This document shows positions 59,787-64,000 of a DNA stretch of 64,000 nt, piece after piece. The notes under the pieces are model-generated. The model saw only the letters and a program-made list of their open reading frames with translations. It was not told the DNA's origin and did not search any database. The first letter of the stretch is position 1. Each line of letters begins with the position of its first letter. This DNA is from Bacteroidota bacterium (GTDB taxonomy: Bacteria > Bacteroidota > Ignavibacteria > Kryptoniales > JAKASW01). The translations under genes were made by a program, and so were the position numbers. The DNA lies in the NCBI GenBank assembly GCA_023480735.1, contig JAMCXB010000016.1, positions 576 to 64,575 on the forward strand. The letters are read 5' to 3'.

Positions 59787-60434
59787 GCGGCCGTCCACGT
59801 TGCTGCCATCGGATATTGGCCTTTGAAAACCCTCCCGTATCGAGCAAAATGCGGCACGGCGTGCACCGGATGAGCCAATCTGGGTTTGAAGGTCCTTGCA
59901 CAGTCTCGCGCACGGCATAGAGGGGCAACTGCCCCGCAGATGGCCTCCGCGAGATCTTTCGCCCCCGTTCTTCGGAGCCTTTCCTAGTGCCATTCCAACT
60001 AATTTTACCAAACAACGTGCAGGTAAGATTATTGTTGGAATGAGCATCCCGCCCGCTTTTGGCGGGACCAGGTTAGCAAATGATAGTTGGATCGGCACTA
60101 GCAAGCCGCTTCCCCTTCACAATTGAAAGTACCATAGGGCAGGTCAATCCTGCTGCTGAGGCTTCTCTTGGATGGTAGAATTGGTAGATTTTTTGTTGAA
60201 CTGACCCTCTCGTGGCTTCCGGTTTATTCTTGTCAACTCCCAATTGTACCACGATGCGCGAACCGATTCAAAGGTAGGTAAAAAAATCTGGCAACGCAAG
60301 AAGAATTTTCGTTTCCACAACACGCACGCGCGGCCCCCCGGGAAATTATTTACCCCGGAGATCGCGGCGAAACAATTTGTAATCTCACAAAGGCATGAAG
60401 ACAACGGATGCCTGTATCCAGCTCCGCGCCCCCG

Positions 60435-61490
60435 TTACTTTTTCTCTTTGTCCCTTTGCGCTACTTCTTCGCCGGCGTCAACCAGCTTCCCGATCGATTT
60501 CACACGCAGTCTCTGCGTGAAGATTATGGCGAAGATGGCTCCCACGATGGTTATCGCGACATAGCTGAAGAGCTGTGTGAGCGTCGCGTAGGCAAGCGCC
60601 TCGACCTTCGGCACGCCGGAAATAATTACGAGAGCCTCGGAAACGAAAAGGTGATATACTCCGGTTGCGCCCGGGCTCGGGATGATCCAGGCAATCGTCG
60701 TGACGAGGATAAGGAGAAAGGCATCGTAGAGCGTCAGGTGCAGCCTTGCTCCGAACCCGAAGGCGAAAAACGGTATGTACATGCTGTATATGTATGCGAT
60801 CCAGATTAGCGCCGTGTAGAAGGCAATGAGGCCGAGACGCTTTCCCGACCGGAGAATCTTGAAGGACTCGAGGAAGGAGAGGATGATCGATTCCGCCTTG
60901 TGGGCGATCTTCCTGGGAAGGATCGATTCGACGATTTTCAGCAGTATGTTCTGGACCTTCTCGGATATCGACGCTATGTACAATATTCCGCCGAGGATGA
61001 TCGAACCTGCGACCAGGATAATGCCCGCGATGCGGAGAAACGGGAACGACGCCGTCAGGTCGCCGTGATACATGAAGAGCGCCAGCCCGAACAAGATCCC
61101 GGCCGAGAGCATGTCGAACAGCCTCTCCAGAACGATCGTGCCGATTACGCTGCTGACGCTGATCTTCTCCAGCCGGCCCGTCGTGTATGCGCGGACGATC
61201 TCCCCGAGCCGCGGTATGAAGTTGTTGACGAGATAGCCGACCATTATGCTCCCCCACGTATCGACGAGGGAGATGTCTCCCTTGACTTCCTGGAGTATGA
61301 CGCGCCAGCGTAACGCGCGGAGGAAATGGCTGAAAAGGACGACGAGCGTGGCAATCGTGAGGATCAGGTAGTTAGCACGAAGCGCGTCGTGAAGAAGCGA
61401 GGAAAAGGATATTCCCCTGAAAGCGAAGAAGACGAAGAGCCCGGCTATAAGCAGCCCGGCGAGTGCACGCAGAATGCGGGATTGTCTCAA
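60435..61490 (-). CDS. UPF0104 / lysylphosphatidylglycerol synthase TM-domain flippase-like protein
   Basis: LRALRW, NNFIPRLGEIVR, ERLFD, PSPGATGVYH. Confidence 0.9.
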   Translation of the reverse strand: MRQSRILRALAGLLIAGLFVFFAFRGISFSSLLHDALRANYLILTIATLVVLFSHFLRALRWRVILQEVKGDISLVDTWGSIMVGYLVNNFIPRLGEIVRAYTTGRLEKISVSSVIGTIVLERLFDMLSAGILFGLALFMYHGDLTASFPFLRIAGIILVAGSIILGGILYIASISEKVQNILLKIVESILPRKIAHKAESIILSFLESFKILRSGKRLGLIAFYTALIWIAYIYSMYIPFFAFGFGARLHLTLYDAFLLILVTTIAWIIPSPGATGVYHLFVSEALVIISGVPKVEALAYATLTQLFSYVAITIVGAIFAIIFTQRLRVKSIGKLVDAGEEVAQRDKEKK

Positions 61491-61530
61491 GAATTTACCT
61501 TAGAATGGAAGCGTTAGACTTTTGAGTCAA

Positions 61531-62298
61531 TCAGTGCTGGCGCAAGTCGACCACTTGCGTACCCTTAGGTGGAACGAATTCGAATTCGGTACCGGGCAAA
61601 CCCGTGTTTACCTTGAGATCGTTCACGGTGTATGTATATTTCGTGTCGTTCATGTCGGAGACCTCGGCGCTCTTTACCGTCCAGTCCGGGTTGATGACGA
61701 TGGTTATGGAGCGGATGAAAGAGTTGTCGCTCTTCGGCGTGAGGCGCAGCGTATAGCTTTTTCCATCTCCCTCTTTCTGTGTCGATAGGAGAACCGCAAA
61801 GTAGTCTGATGGGACGTCGAGCAGAAATCTCTCAGGCGTAATCGTGTTCTTGTCGTTGCGGAAATTGTCTACAACCACCTGTTTTGAATCAGGCATATAA
61901 ACCCATGACGTCTTGCCATCGGTCACGATAACCTTATCGCCGGTATCGATCCGGTATTTGTTTCCCTTCGCAATATAAAGAGTCCCCGAAATTGTCTTTG
62001 ACAGCTTGGAGAGCGGATAGACGACAGTCTGGGTGAACTGAATGGTGGCGTCGCTGGTCCTGTCATAGTTCTCCTGGACGTTCTTTACTATCTGCGACGC
62101 CGTCGGCTCCGACGCAAAGGCGGTCGTCGCCGCGGCGAACAACAACAGCAATACAAGGGACGTGGCCGAAAACCGTCTGCGAGTGGGAATTAAACCACTG
62201 GAGACACAGAGACACGGAGGGAATAATCCTGATATTGAAACTCTGTGTCTCCGTGTCTCTGTGTTTGGACTCTTTTGCCGTACTTCTGGAGGTCGCAT
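61531..62298 (-). CDS. lolA: Outer-membrane lipoprotein carrier LolA
   Basis: FTQT, KYRID, IVTDGKTSW, FEFVPPKGTQVVDLR. Start uncertain because the N-terminus contains a palindromic insertion. Confidence 0.85.
   Translation of the reverse strand: MRPPEVRQKSPNTETRRHRVSISGLFPPCLCVSSGLIPTRRRFSATSLVLLLLFAAATTAFASEPTASQIVKNVQENYDRTSDATIQFTQTVVYPLSKLSKTISGTLYIAKGNKYRIDTGDKVIVTDGKTSWVYMPDSKQVVVDNFRNDKNTITPERFLLDVPSDYFAVLLSTQKEGDGKSYTLRLTPKSDNSFIRSITIVINPDWTVKSAEVSDMNDTKYTYTVNDLKVNTGLPGTEFEFVPPKGTQVVDLRQH
62192..62266. repeat. CACAGAGACACGGAG-type inverted repeat element
   Basis: GAGACACAGAGACACGGAG ... CTCTGTGTCTCCGTGTCTCTGTG. Confidence 0.75.
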
Positions 62299-62367
62299 TC
62301 TTTTATTTATCCTGTTCTGTCTTCTGAAAACTTAAGGCCTGGAGACGAAAACAACAACTGACGAGAT

Positions 62368-62612
62368 GGGTCTGCGGTAATGCCTCACTGAAAGGGTTAT
62401 TTCTCTCGCAAAGGCGCCAAGAACGCAAAGAAATGTTGACGAGCGGTTCGCTTTGCGAGATCGGCTTGGCGAGAAACCATAAGTGTGGGGTTACGGTCTG
62501 CGACAAAAATATAAAACACATAGGCACATAGGGCACATTAACGAATAAATCTATGTTTTCTAATGTGCCTATGTGGTTAATCTATTGCTTTTTACAAATT
62601 TGTCGCACACCC
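62368..62612. mobile_element. MITE family B with 14-bp TIRs and 9-bp TSD, interrupted by a family A copy
   Basis: TSD TGACGAGAT at 62359-67 and 62613-21. TIRs GGGTCTGCGACAAA (reconstructed) and TTTGTCGCACACCC match 13/14. Confidence 0.88.
62377..62494. mobile_element. 118-bp MITE family A, second copy (inverted)
   Basis: TSD GGTCTGCG at 62369-76 and 62495-502. Reverse complement of 1127-1250 with a 6-bp indel and a few substitutions. Confidence 0.9.
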
Positions 62613-62628
62613 TGACGAGATTAGTAAG

Positions 62629-62657
62629 TTGCATTAAACCGTGGGCATCGTTATAAT
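62629..62657 (+). promoter_or_regulatory. Sigma70 promoter
   Basis: TTGCAT-17 bp-TATAAT. Confidence 0.65.
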
Positions 62658-62950
62658 GTGGTATCGTAACCCGGCTTTGGTGGATACATTGTGGAAGCCG
62701 GGAGTGGGTTTAGATAGCGAAGGGCACAAAGTAACGGACAAATAAATGCTTCAGGGTAAAAGGGATGCAGTCGTGACAGCGGATACGCGCTTTGTGCGTC
62801 ACAGGGATGCTTCCCCAGAAGTACAACTATCTAAGGAACGGGTTCAGAAATCGGGATTCCCGATGCGATGGTCAATTATCGGCTTCTGATGACAGACGGA
62901 AGGGGAGCCTTCCTGCTGTTGTACCCGCTCTAAACCAAACGGAGGGTAAT

Positions 62951-64000
62951 ATGAAGTACCTTACAGTTAAGCAAGCAAGGAATATTCTTCTTAATTCTCA
63001 GCCTTGCGTTGCTCCAGTCGTGCAGCCAGAAGCTGAGCCAGTCGGAGTCGCCGACGACGCCAAATGCGTCAACGAAGTCAGACTCTACCTCGAGGAACGG
63101 TTCAGGTAAACGGAAAGTGGCGTCTGGTATCTCGCCCTTGATACCCTATTGGAATCAGGGAGCGCAATGGACATACAACCAATGGAATTTTTACAAATAC
63201 CTTCCTGAGGATTCGGCAAAAGGGAAGTACTTAGTCCTTTGGGGTGTACCGCCAAATGGTGATTATGCAAGTATGTACAACAATTACTGTTTCCGCAGAG
63301 TTGTCTGCACCGGCGATCAAATCGCTGCAGCAACGTCCGCCGGGTTCAGACTAGATCAATTGATTATCAGCATCGGTTACCATGACGACAGCGGAAATTA
63401 CATAATCGTTAGCGATTGGGGCCAGTTGATCAGCGAATACAAGGATGAGGTTCTAGGCTATCTGATGGATGAGCCCTCGGGTTTTCTCACGGGCCAACAA
63501 ATGGCGGATTTGAAGAGCTATATTGTTACGTTCAACGGTAAGTTGTGGCTTGATGACTATGACACAGGGGTAATACCGTCATCATACGCTCCTCCGCATA
63601 ATTATCACCTCGCAGATGTGCCTATGCTAAATAACGCTGACTATGTATTGAATGACGGTAATACTTCCATATGGATAAGTGGTAACAATCCCCTGGGGAT
63701 AGGTCCATATCTCAGCGATGATTATAACGAATTTCAAGGATGGTTTGGAACGAAATTCAACGCAATTGTATGTAAGACCATGGATAATTCTGGGGCTCTC
63801 AGAAACGACCAGACGATGTGGGATTGGTTGCAGGGGCATTCGAACTGTAACAACTTTGTTCTCTATCTTGACTGGGCAAAGTATTCTTCTGGGGTAGAGC
63901 CCTCTATCACCAACTTTGAAGCAGACGCGTACGACGCAGGGTTTCTGGGAACTGAGAAGGAACTCTATGACTACAAATTCGTGTGCGAAGAGGACGGTGT
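62951..64000 (+). pseudogene. Lipoprotein gene frameshifted by a 4-bp duplication (3' end outside window)
   Basis: GGAGG RBS and ATG 62951. Removing one AAGC from AAGCAAGCAAG (62969-79) gives MKYLTVKQGIFFLILSLALLQSC in a frame open to the window end, which includes VLGYLMDEP. Confidence 0.8.

Noticed and set aside
59463-60104. Upstream 214 codons of the 445-aa ORF as a real N-terminus
   Set aside because: Low-complexity Arg/Ser/Pro-rich translation, and a good RBS precedes ATG 59462. Only the heptad part is kept as a possibility.
62792-63109. 105-aa ORF in the track
   Set aside because: It is the out-of-frame product of the frameshifted lipoprotein plus leader sequence.

Overview
This 64-kb bacterial window probably comes from an Ignavibacteriota/Kryptonia-like lineage, inferred from the dcw layout and protein style. 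Housekeeping genes fill 1-46.7 kb and 60.4-62.3 kb: moeB, cydAB, a DEAD-box helicase, a protein-disulfide oxidoreductase, a group 3b NiFe-hydrogenase operon, a divergent pat/acs pair, a K+/H+ antiporter, a LexA-like repressor, the mraZ-ftsZ dcw cluster (no ddl), two response regulators, a porin with two pstS genes, an M20 peptidase, a UPF0104 protein and lolA. An accessory/defence island spans about 46.8-60.1 kb. It holds a type III-like mod/res pair whose methyltransferase carries an intein with a DUF559 nuclease. The best candidate for an undescribed system is nested between mod and res: a Hanks kinase, an uncharacterised 399-aa protein and a convergent PD-(D/E)xK nuclease-like gene. The nuclease-like gene is preceded by a promoter with a perfect palindrome and a ~235-nt region that folds almost entirely into helices (putative ncRNA). 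Other observations are a degenerate type I-E repeat-spacer-repeat unit after res, a REP-flanked IS200-like tnpA, two MITE families (one nested in the other, with TSDs), LexA and MurB homologues lacking catalytic residues, a 21-bp periodic array, and a lipoprotein gene frameshifted by a 4-bp duplication. All calls come from reading the sequence by eye; no searches or folding programs were run.
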